Shown: piece by piece, positions 1 through 7,697 of the stretch | Position numbering within the stretch: the first letter of the stretch is position 1 | How the letters are laid out: each line of letters opens with the position of its first letter | Assembly: GCA_038207085.1 (NCBI GenBank) | Contig: JBBRAE010000027.1 | Location: forward strand, 1-38,307 | DNA: 38,307 bases | Direction of reading: 5' to 3' | DNA from: Armatimonadota bacterium | GTDB lineage: Bacteria; Armatimonadota; UBA5829; DTLH01 | Translations under genes and position numbers: made by a program | Notes under the pieces: generated by a model | Told to the model about the DNA's origin: nothing | The model's input: only the letters and a program-made list of their open reading frames with translations | The model's database searches: none

Positions 1-22
1 TTGGTCTGTTTTCCGGTCTCAT
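1..22 (-). CDS. 5' end of a gene running off the window edge (MRPENRP...), possibly ribonuclease PH
   Basis: ATG at 22-20 reads M-R-P-E-N-R-P, resembling the MRxxxR N-terminus of RNase PH. Only 7 codons are visible. Confidence 0.3.
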
Positions 23-167
23 TGAGTATATTATCCACAGCCTCTGCCGGGAAAGTTTTTGCAATCACGCCCAAATTGACATAATCAGCTATCCTTGCCC
101 CGCCAGGCATTTTACTTGATGTTCGAGCCATCCTCATATACCTCCAACGATACTGCTAAATATAGGA

Positions 168-183
168 TGGCACAAAAAGTGCT
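168..183 (+). promoter_or_regulatory. sigma54 (RpoN) -24/-12 promoter candidate
   Basis: TGGCACAAAAAGTGCT has GG (169-170) and GC (181-182) at the exact spacing of the TGGCACN5TTGCW consensus. Predicted +1 is about 194. Confidence 0.6.
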
Positions 184-193
184 AATATGAACC

Positions 194-268
194 GTATTGA
201 GGCTAGGGCGGTGGCTCCGGGCCTTCGGCAGGTGATGCTCGGGCCCCACGAGGGGGCCGGTTTCTCTA
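194..268 (+). ncRNA. candidate small RNA downstream of the sigma54 promoter
   Basis: Hairpin CCGGGC...GCTCGG (217-242), then a GC hairpin GGCCCC-ACGAG-GGGGCC (242-258) followed by TTTCTCT. A separate sigma70 promoter lies downstream. Confidence 0.4.
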
Positions 269-297
269 TGCTGGCAACAATCACCCGTCAAGTGTTC

Positions 298-327
298 TTG
301 ACGATATTGCCCGATCTCGGCTATACT
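298..327 (+). promoter_or_regulatory. sigma70-type promoter for the mlaEFD operon
   Basis: TTGACG (298-303), 18-nt spacer, TATACT (322-327). Confidence 0.55.
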
Positions 328-354
328 GACTTGTCCCGGAGATACTTCGGTTGG

Positions 355-432
355 GTAGCCCGCTTTATTCGCTTCACGAATAAAGCTACTGCTAGCGGAG
401 CATTATTCGCGATACTTGCGAATAATGCGGGG
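355..432. repeat. double-hairpin REP-like element (family A)
   Basis: Palindromes GCTTTATTCG...CGAATAAAGC and GCATTATTCGC...GCGAATAATGC. Related copies at 7089-7168 and 37341-37398. Confidence 0.75.
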
Positions 433-444
433 TAGGTTTGTCGG

Positions 445-1329
445 ATGAGACGGTATGGTCCAGAGGAAGAGCGTTCGCCTCGTAGTGAGGCCGTCAGTGA
501 GATCATTCAAGAAGTTGGAGATGAGATCGCGGCGGCTGTCGCCGTCCCAGGAGAGATCACCTACCGGACGATGGACCGGTTCTTCACCTTCATCGGCGGC
601 ACATCCGAGCTTCTCTGGAGAGCTATCGCCTGGATCTTCCGTGGTGGCGTCGAACTGAGAGAGACGTTTGTGCAGATGGCCACCATCGGCGTTGCGTCAC
701 TTCCTATCGTCCTCGTAACCGTTACTTTTTCCGGAATGGTGCTCGCGCTCTACTCTGCGCAGACGCTCGTTGCCTTTGGCTTCGGCGGCCAGTTCGTCGG
801 AGGCGGGGTGGGGCTTTCGATCGCTCGTGAGATCGGCCCCGTGCTTACGGCCGTAGTCGTCGCTGCCCGGGCTGGGTCTGCGATGGCGGCTGAGATCGGG
901 AGCATGAAAACGACCGAACAGGTCGATGCTCTGCGCGCTCTTGCGGTCGACCCTGTGCAATATTTGGTCGTCCCGCGGCTCCTGGCATCGGTTGTGATGC
1001 TGCCCGCGATCACGATTCTTGCCGATCTTGTCGGCATATTTGGCGGGTATCTCGTCGCGATTGTGAACGGCGTCCCAAGTGGCGCTTTTGTGTCGAGCCT
1101 GCAGTATATGGCATCAAGCGAGGATGTTATTCTCGGGCTTGTGAAGACCGTTTTTTTCGGTGCGATGATCGCGATCGTCGGCTGCCACGAAGGTTTGAGG
1201 ACCAAGGGCGGCGCGACCGGGGTCGGTCAATCGACGACACGCGCGGTGGTGCTTTCGATAGTCCTTATATATGTAAGCAACTTTTTCCTGGCCTACGTGC
1301 TCTTCGGCGGCCGAACTTCGGGGCCATAG
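445..1329 (+). CDS. mlaE: MlaE-family lipid ABC transporter permease
   Basis: Motifs REIGPVLTAVVVAARAGSAMAAEIGSMKTTEQVDALRALAVDPVQYLVVPR and GGATGVGQSTTRAVV. Start codon may be further downstream. Confidence 0.93.
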   Translation: MRRYGPEEERSPRSEAVSEIIQEVGDEIAAAVAVPGEITYRTMDRFFTFIGGTSELLWRAIAWIFRGGVELRETFVQMATIGVASLPIVLVTVTFSGMVLALYSAQTLVAFGFGGQFVGGGVGLSIAREIGPVLTAVVVAARAGSAMAAEIGSMKTTEQVDALRALAVDPVQYLVVPRLLASVVMLPAITILADLVGIFGGYLVAIVNGVPSGAFVSSLQYMASSEDVILGLVKTVFFGAMIAIVGCHEGLRTKGGATGVGQSTTRAVVLSIVLIYVSNFFLAYVLFGGRTSGP

Positions 1330-1331
1330 AC

Positions 1332-2075
1332 GTGATAACCGTAGAACAGCTATCCTATAGAATAGACAGCAAGTCGATCCTGCGGCGGCTCGATGTTCAG
1401 GTGGAGACGGGTGAGACGTTCGCGGTGATGGGGCTATCGGGCGTAGGCAAGAGCACGCTTTTGAAGTGCATCGGCGGGCTGATCAAGGCCACGTCCGGTA
1501 AGATATTTATCGATGGGGCCGATATTGTCCCGATGCACGAGTCACAGCTCCGGGAAGTGCGCAAGAAGATCGGGATGGTCTTCCAGTATGCTGCGCTTTT
1601 TGATTCGATGACAGTATTTGAAAACGTAGCCTTCGGCGTGCGTCGCTTGAGAAAGCTCGAAGAGGACGAACTCCGGGATATCGTCACCAGTAAGCTCGCG
1701 CTCGTTGGGCTGTCGAACACCGAGAGCCTGATGACTTCGCAGCTTTCGGGCGGGATGCAGAAACGAGTCGGCCTTGCGCGGGCGCTTGCGCTCGATCCGC
1801 CGGTATTGCTATACGACGAGCCGACGAGTGGCCTTGACCCGATCACAGCCGCGACAATCGGTGAGTTGATCGTTCGGATGCGTGACAAGCTCGGCGTGAC
1901 ATCGGTGGTCGTGTCGCACGATATCGCGCTTATCAAACAGGTTTCGAACCGAATGGGGATGCTCTACCGGGGCAAAATAGTGTCCGCCGGTACGCGCGAG
2001 GAGATGGAAAACTCCGACAATCCCCTCGTCCGACAGTTTATGGAAGGCAGCACGGAAGGGCCGATCAAGTTATAG
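1332..2075 (+). CDS. mlaF: MlaF/Mkl-family ABC transporter ATP-binding protein
   Basis: Walker A GLSGVGKS, signature LSGGMQKRVGLARAL, YDEPTSGLDPI. GTG start, located between mlaE and mlaD. Confidence 0.92.
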   Translation: MITVEQLSYRIDSKSILRRLDVQVETGETFAVMGLSGVGKSTLLKCIGGLIKATSGKIFIDGADIVPMHESQLREVRKKIGMVFQYAALFDSMTVFENVAFGVRRLRKLEEDELRDIVTSKLALVGLSNTESLMTSQLSGGMQKRVGLARALALDPPVLLYDEPTSGLDPITAATIGELIVRMRDKLGVTSVVVSHDIALIKQVSNRMGMLYRGKIVSAGTREEMENSDNPLVRQFMEGSTEGPIKL

Positions 2076-2228
2076 CTGTTAGCTTTTAGCTTTTAGCAAT
2101 TAGCTTGAGATCGCGCTGGGTCTCCAGACCCGGTGCGGATATTCCCAGGGTCTCTGACCCCGCAGTGCACGGATCGGGGTCAGAAACCCATCAAATATGC
2201 GTTCCGCGTCTGGAGACACGGCACGATC
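2071..2228. repeat. 7-bp tandem arm (TTAGCTN-like) plus nested REP cassette (family B)
   Basis: tagctgt-tagcttt-tagcttt-tagcaat-tagc, followed by GATCGCGC...GCACGATC. 2191-2228 matches 33550-33587 at 37/38 nt. Confidence 0.8.
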
Positions 2229-2243
2229 AGATCAGTTACTCAC

Positions 2244-3566
2244 ATGAGATTAAGACCTGAAGCAAGAGTAGGTTTAATAGTATTTCTGTCGCTCCTGTCG
2301 CTTGGAGTGGTCTACTGGTTTTTTGGTGGACTGGGCGGCGGCGGGTATCTGGTCAACGCCGTCTTCCCGAGCGCTGAGCGGCTGCAGACCAAGGCCGAAG
2401 TGCGTATGGCGGGTGTGTTGATCGGCAAGGTCAACGACATCGTGCTGACCAGGGGCAACCGGGCCAAAGTCGTCATGCGAATAAGCAGCAGGTACGAGGG
2501 CAAGATTCCGAAGGACTCCATCGCCCAAATCACGACGGGTGGTGTTGTGAGTGTTGGTGATTATTTCATCGACATCCTGCCGGGCAAAAGCTCCGAGGCT
2601 CTGAAGGACGGCGCATATCTGAATACTGTCCAGCAGGTGCAGCTTGAGGACATGATCGGCGACGTGAAGGACCTGATCACGGGGCTAAAGACTACCGTCA
2701 GCTCGGTGAACGAAATCGTTGCCGACCCGAGGATGAAGTCGTCGCTGCGCCGGATCGTCGAAAATGTCGAGTTCACGACGGCAAGGACGTCCGCTCTGAC
2801 TAACCAGATTCAGGCGGTGCTTGCCGAGAACGCTTCCGACATCGACGGGATTCTGGCAAACGTCGCGTCGGCGAGTCAGGATTTTGCCACTGTGTCGGGT
2901 GACATCCGTTCAGGGCTCGAAAACGGCGGCATGGACCGCGTTCAGGCGGCTCTGGATAACGCTGTGCGGGCGTCGGAAAACCTTGAGGCGGCGAGCTTGA
3001 AGCTTCGCCAGCTTGCCGAAGACCCGAACGTAAACGCCCAGCTCAGACAAACGGTGAAGGACGCAAGCGAGGTCGCGGCGGGCGCAAATCAGATCGTGAC
3101 CAAGATCAACAAGGTGGTTAACCCGGGCAAGGGTGAGAAAAATGAGCCATCTGTGCCAAGATCGAGCATTCCAGGGCTCGGTTCGAGGTTCGACGGGTAT
3201 GTGGTAGGAGCCGCCGACAGTTATCGTTTTGATTACAACTACACGTTCCCAACCAAGGGCGACAACTTCGTGAGACTCGGGCTTTTCGACATAGGCGAGG
3301 GCACCAGCCTGAATCTTCAGGGCGGTGATGTGCTAAACGACCACAGCGCGGCGCGTTACGGGCTCTACGCAGGCAAAATAGGCGTCGGCTACGATCGAAA
3401 ACTGAAAAGCGACCTGAACCTTAGTCTGGACCTGTATGACCCGAACGACATCACGCTTGAGGCGAAAATGCGCTACAATATCGACCGAAACTGGGGCGCG
3501 TGGCTCGGTGTGAACAACGTTTTCGACGGTGGGAAGTCGCTCATCGGCGTGCAGTACCATAGGTAG
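2244..3566 (+). CDS. mlaD: MlaD/MCE-family protein with long helical region and C-terminal beta-barrel-like domain
   Basis: N-terminal TM (EARVGLIVFLSLL), MCE domain (AERLQTKAEVRMAGVLIGKV...YFIDILPG), coiled region, and amphipathic beta-strands ending GVQYHR. ATG 2244 chosen because the longer ORF start lies within a repeat. Confidence 0.88.
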   Translation: MRLRPEARVGLIVFLSLLSLGVVYWFFGGLGGGGYLVNAVFPSAERLQTKAEVRMAGVLIGKVNDIVLTRGNRAKVVMRISSRYEGKIPKDSIAQITTGGVVSVGDYFIDILPGKSSEALKDGAYLNTVQQVQLEDMIGDVKDLITGLKTTVSSVNEIVADPRMKSSLRRIVENVEFTTARTSALTNQIQAVLAENASDIDGILANVASASQDFATVSGDIRSGLENGGMDRVQAALDNAVRASENLEAASLKLRQLAEDPNVNAQLRQTVKDASEVAAGANQIVTKINKVVNPGKGEKNEPSVPRSSIPGLGSRFDGYVVGAADSYRFDYNYTFPTKGDNFVRLGLFDIGEGTSLNLQGGDVLNDHSAARYGLYAGKIGVGYDRKLKSDLNLSLDLYDPNDITLEAKMRYNIDRNWGAWLGVNNVFDGGKSLIGVQYHR

Positions 3567-3645
3567 TGGCCGATCGCCGCGCCGGCCTGAACCACTTTAC
3601 ACTACACACTGAACTTTGAACTCTTAACTTAGAGAAGGAGATGAT

Positions 3646-4092
3646 ATGAAAATCATTCTTAAGCAGGACATCAAGGGAGTCGGCAAGGCCGACGAGGTGA
3701 TAAACGTTTCGGCTGGCTACGCGAGGAACTTCCTGTTCCCCAAGGGCCTTGCGATTGACGCCGACGCCACCAACCTGAAAGAGCGCCAGAAGCGACACGA
3801 CGTTATAGACGCCAAAGGCGAGAAGATCCTTACCGCCGCTCAGGAGGTTGCGAGTAAGATTTCTGACAAGACGTTCAAGATCAATGCAAAAGCCGGGGCC
3901 GCCAACAAGCTTTACGGCAGCATCACCTCCCAGGACATCGCCGACGCGATCAAGGCGCAGGCCGGGGTAGACATCGACAAGCGCAAGATCCACATTGTCG
4001 ACCCGATCAAGACCGCCGGGAGCCACACCGTTCCCGTAAGGCTCCATCGCGACCTTGGCGTCGATGTCACTGTCGAGGTAGTCACGGAATAG
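3646..4092 (+). CDS. rplI: 50S ribosomal protein L9
   Basis: [14 protein letters not shown]...[13 protein letters not shown]...KLYGSIT. AAGGAG RBS. Confidence 0.98.
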   Translation: MKIILKQDIKGVGKADEVINVSAGYARNFLFPKGLAIDADATNLKERQKRHDVIDAKGEKILTAAQEVASKISDKTFKINAKAGAANKLYGSITSQDIADAIKAQAGVDIDKRKIHIVDPIKTAGSHTVPVRLHRDLGVDVTVEVVTE

Positions 4093-4096
4093 AGAA

Positions 4097-4183
4097 CTAT
4101 TAGCTATTAGCAGTTAGCTGTTAGCAGTCTCGGGGAGCACAAATCCGATTGCTAACAGCTAATAGCTAACGGCTAACTGCTGG
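4097..4183. repeat. inverted pair of 7-bp tandem-repeat arms forming a long hairpin
   Basis: Left arm (TTAGCTR-like)n at 4097-4127, right arm (GCTAAYR)n at 4149-4183. Confidence 0.8.
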
Positions 4184-4189
4184 TTGTAT

Positions 4190-5614
4190 ATGGAACATAT
4201 TTCGAAGTTAGAGCGGCTGCCGCCGCAGAATATCGAGGCTGAGCAGTCGACTCTTGGGTCGATGATGCTTGACCGTACCGCCATCGAAAAAGGCGCGGAT
4301 ATCCTGAAGGAACCGGACTTTTACAGGCCTAGCCACGGGGTCATCTTCGACGCAATCTGTTCGCTGAACGAGCGCGACGAGCCGGTCGACCTCATCACCC
4401 TGCAGGAAGAACTGAGAAGCAGAGGCAGGCTTGAGGACGTCGGCGGGACGGAGTATCTGATGGCGCTCTTGTCGCAGGTGCCGTCGGCCTCACGCATTGA
4501 GCACTACGCGAAAATCGTCGAGGAGAAATCCATCCTCAGGCGGCTCCTTGGCGCGTCTGCCGAGATCGGCGGGCTCGTCTACGAAGAAACACAGGACATC
4601 GAAACGCTCACCGACCGGGCCGAGCAGGCGATCTTTAGGGTCTCGCAGCGGCGGATGGGGAAGTATTTCTCCCCGCTTGCGCCGGTCGTTATGGAGGCCT
4701 GGGACAGGCTAAACGCGCAGTGGGAGCAGGGGAGCACCATCTCCGGGCTCGAAACTGGGTTCAGAGATATCGACCTGATGACTTCGGGGTTCCAGCCCGG
4801 CGACTTGATCATCGTAGCCGCCCGACCGTCGATGGGAAAAACCGCCTATTCCATGAACATCGCGACCTTCGCCTCGGTGAAGAAGAAACTGCCCGTTGCG
4901 GTGTTCAGTATAGAAATGTCAAAGGAACAGCTCGCATTGAGGATGCTTTCGAGCTACTCGCGGATCGAGAACCAGCGCCTGCGCTCCGGGTTCCTGCATG
5001 ATGAAGAGTTTGTCCGCATCTCACACGTCACCAACGAGCTTTACCAGGCCCCGATGTTCATCGATGACTCGACAGACATCACCCCGATGGGTATGCGAGC
5101 CAAGTGCAGGCGTCTAAAAGCCGAGCACGGCGGCCTCGCGTTGGTCGTGGTCGACTACCTCCAGCTTTTGAAATGGCACAGGAACATCGACAACCGTGTC
5201 CAGGAGATTTCTGAGATCGCCCGAGCCCTGAAGAGCCTCGCGAGAGAGCTAAAAGTCCCCGTGGTCGCGCTTTCCCAGCTTTCGAGGCGAGTTGAGCAGC
5301 GAGACGACAAGCGGCCTATTCTTTCCGACCTCAGGGAGTCAGGCTCCATCGAAGCTGAAGCCGACGTGGTTATGCTCCTCTTCCGCCCGAAGTATTATGA
5401 GCGAAAAGAGATGGTGGACGCCGAGGAAATTGCTGGAATCGACTCTTCGACAGGCAAACCCAAGTTGCGCGAGGTAGGGGTAACCAATATCGAGGACGTT
5501 GAGATTATCATCGCCAAACAACGAAACGGTCCTACCGGCACGGTTCTCCTAGGGTTTGAATCGAACTACGCCAACTTCGTCAACATCGACAAACAGCATC
5601 GCGACGAGTATTAG
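4190..5614 (+). CDS. dnaB: replicative DNA helicase
   Basis: PPQNIEAEQSTLG, AARPSMGKT, VDYLQL, LSDLRESGSIEAEAD, IIAKQRNGPTG. Confidence 0.97.
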   Translation: MEHISKLERLPPQNIEAEQSTLGSMMLDRTAIEKGADILKEPDFYRPSHGVIFDAICSLNERDEPVDLITLQEELRSRGRLEDVGGTEYLMALLSQVPSASRIEHYAKIVEEKSILRRLLGASAEIGGLVYEETQDIETLTDRAEQAIFRVSQRRMGKYFSPLAPVVMEAWDRLNAQWEQGSTISGLETGFRDIDLMTSGFQPGDLIIVAARPSMGKTAYSMNIATFASVKKKLPVAVFSIEMSKEQLALRMLSSYSRIENQRLRSGFLHDEEFVRISHVTNELYQAPMFIDDSTDITPMGMRAKCRRLKAEHGGLALVVVDYLQLLKWHRNIDNRVQEISEIARALKSLARELKVPVVALSQLSRRVEQRDDKRPILSDLRESGSIEAEADVVMLLFRPKYYERKEMVDAEEIAGIDSSTGKPKLREVGVTNIEDVEIIIAKQRNGPTGTVLLGFESNYANFVNIDKQHRDEY

Positions 5615-5730
5615 GGGAAGTCGCTAGTTGTTAGTGTTTGTGGCGGGCCTTAGGTCCGCAAAGAGGGGTCCGGGATATCAAGTCTCGGACCATTGTTTAC
5701 GTACATTTAACTCTATACCAAAGGAAAACG

Positions 5731-7026
5731 ATGCGTAAAGATAATCTGAAGGTGCTAATCATCGGCGGCGGTGGGAGAGAACACGCGCTTGCCTGGAAGT
5801 TTTCGCAGAGCCCGCGCGTGGCGGAAGTGTTCTGCGCGCCGGGGAACGCCGGAACGGCGATGGTCGGGACGAACCTCAACCTGAAAGTCACCGATTTCGA
5901 GCAGTTGATCGGCTTCGCCAAGGCCGAAGGGATCGACTTCACAGTCGTCGGCCCCGAAACTCCGCTGATCGCCGGAATCGTCGACGCCTTTGAGGCCGAA
6001 GGGCTACTCGCGTTCGGTCCGAGCAAAGACGCCGCGCAGCTTGAGGGGAGCAAGGTCTTCACCAAGGAGATTCTCTTTGACAACGGCATCCCGACCGGCA
6101 CCGCCGTCGCAGTCGACACCGCAGACGAGGCGATCGAGGAGATCAAAGCCCACTTCGCAGAGAAATCTGTCCCGATCGTCATCAAGGCCGACGGCGAAGC
6201 CGCCGGGAAGGGTGTCATCATCGCGGAGACTGAGGCTGCCGCGCTTGAGGCGATCGACCAGATTATGGTCAAGAAGGTCTTCGGTAAGTCCGGCGACCGG
6301 GTGCTCTTAGAAGAGTTCTTGGTGGGTCAGGAAGCGTCGCTGATGTGTTTTGTCGACGGCAACGCCATCGCCCCGATGGTTCCCGCGCAGGACTACAAGC
6401 GCGCCTACGACGCCGATCAGGGTCCGAACACCGGCGGGATGGGGTGTTATTCCCCAGTTCCGGTTGTGACCGAAGAGATCTACGACGAGGTGCTCGCAAG
6501 GATCATCTGCCCGACCATTTCAGGGCTTGCCAAGAAGGGCATCCGATACAGAGGCATTCTTTACGCAGGGATCATTCTGACCGAAGACGGGCCGAAATTG
6601 ATCGAGTACAACTGCCGATTCGGCGACCCTGAAACCCAGGTAGTGCTCCCTCGGCTTGAGACGGACCTTGTGGATATCATCGAAGCATCCTTCGAGAACC
6701 GGCTCGACGATATCGATATTAAATGGTACAATAGTAAGGCAGTTTGTGTGGTTTTGGCATCTGGTGGTTACCCCGGAGATTATGACAGCGGCGTCCCGAT
6801 CAGCGGACTTGCCGATGCCGAGTCTGCCGGGGTTATTGCATTTCAAGCAGGCACAAAGCACCAGGGCGAAGACGTCGTAACCGCCGGTGGCCGGGTGTTG
6901 GGCGTCACCGCGACGGGCGACACCTTCAAAGACGCGATCGACCTCGCATACACCGGCGTGAAGAAGATTCACTTCGACAAAATGCACTTTAGAAACGACA
7001 TTGGGGAGAGAGTGGCTAGTAGCTAG
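5731..7026 (+). CDS. purD: phosphoribosylamine--glycine ligase
   Basis: GGGGREHALAW, APGNAG, LEGSK, GPNTGGMG, EYNCRFGDPE, GGRVLGV. ATG 5731 with AAGGA RBS. Confidence 0.97.
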   Translation: MRKDNLKVLIIGGGGREHALAWKFSQSPRVAEVFCAPGNAGTAMVGTNLNLKVTDFEQLIGFAKAEGIDFTVVGPETPLIAGIVDAFEAEGLLAFGPSKDAAQLEGSKVFTKEILFDNGIPTGTAVAVDTADEAIEEIKAHFAEKSVPIVIKADGEAAGKGVIIAETEAAALEAIDQIMVKKVFGKSGDRVLLEEFLVGQEASLMCFVDGNAIAPMVPAQDYKRAYDADQGPNTGGMGCYSPVPVVTEEIYDEVLARIICPTISGLAKKGIRYRGILYAGIILTEDGPKLIEYNCRFGDPETQVVLPRLETDLVDIIEASFENRLDDIDIKWYNSKAVCVVLASGGYPGDYDSGVPISGLADAESAGVIAFQAGTKHQGEDVVTAGGRVLGVTATGDTFKDAIDLAYTGVKKIHFDKMHFRNDIGERVASS

Positions 7027-7182
7027 TCGTTAGTAGCTCGCAACCGCCATCCCCAAATATCGTCAGTCCCAAGCTAGCGACTAGCGACTAGCCCGCTTTA
7101 TTCGTGAAGCGAATAAAGCTCTCGCTAGCAAAGCATTATTCACGCTCCTCGTGAATAATGCAGGCTAGTCACTAGCGACTAC
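7015..7182. repeat. composite repeat: 7-bp arms (GCTAGTM/GCGACTA variants) plus family A double hairpin
   Basis: gctagta-gctagtc-gttagta and ctagcga-ctagcga-ctagc. 7089-7168 resembles 355-432 with the first hairpin flipped. Confidence 0.72.
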
Positions 7183-7194
7183 TCGGAGAATAAA

Positions 7195-7662
7195 TTGAGT
7201 CATAAAGTTGCAATTCTGATGGGCAGCAAGTCCGACATGGGCGTCATGCAGCCCGCCGCCGATGTGCTCATAAACGAGTTTGGCATAGTGGCCGACGTGA
7301 TGGTTATGTCGGCTCATCGCACGCCAAAAGCCGTCGCAGAACTCGCCGAAGGTGCAGTTGATGCGGGTTACGATGTGATCATCGCCGGCGCGGGTGGGGC
7401 AGCTCACCTGGCCGGAGTGATCGCCGCGCTGACGCCGCTTCCTGTGATCGCGGTGCCCGTAAAAAGCGCCGCCCTAAACGGCCTTGATTCGCTTCTCTCG
7501 ATGGTGCAGATGCCCTCCGGCGTCCCCGTCGCCACAGTTGCGATCGATGGCGCGAAAAACGCCGGAATCCTAGCCGCCCAGATCATCGGAGTCGGTGACA
7601 AGGGCGTTCAGAAGAAAGTTGTAGAGTTCAAGGAGAATATGGCAGCGGCGCTTGGCAAGTAG
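7195..7662 (+). CDS. purE: N5-CAIR mutase / AIR carboxylase catalytic subunit
   Basis: MGSKSD, SAHRTP, AGGAAHLAG, SMVQMPSGVPVATV. TTG start with GGAG RBS. Confidence 0.96.
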   Translation: MSHKVAILMGSKSDMGVMQPAADVLINEFGIVADVMVMSAHRTPKAVAELAEGAVDAGYDVIIAGAGGAAHLAGVIAALTPLPVIAVPVKSAALNGLDSLLSMVQMPSGVPVATVAIDGAKNAGILAAQIIGVGDKGVQKKVVEFKENMAAALGK

Positions 7663-7697
7663 CTGAGAGAGCGCGTGTAGTCGCTTTTTTTGGGGTT

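Noticed and set aside
31..39. Perfect DnaA box TTATCCACA, suggesting oriC
   Set aside because: A single box with no cluster, no AT-rich unwinding element and no dnaA/dnaN nearby.
114..293. Possible 6S RNA (ACTTGATG/CGTCAAGT could close a ~180-nt structure)
   Set aside because: The interior folds as separate local hairpins rather than one rod with a central bubble, and a sigma54 promoter lies within it. Not excluded without cmscan.
5390..5500. Insertion in the DnaB C-terminal region as a possible intein
   Set aside because: Only about 25 extra residues in a variable loop, with no C/S...HN splice motifs.
5615..5730. Purine or ZTP riboswitch or PurR box ahead of purD
   Set aside because: No consensus motifs found. 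Only a small REP-like hairpin (GGTCCGGGAT...GTCTCGGACC).
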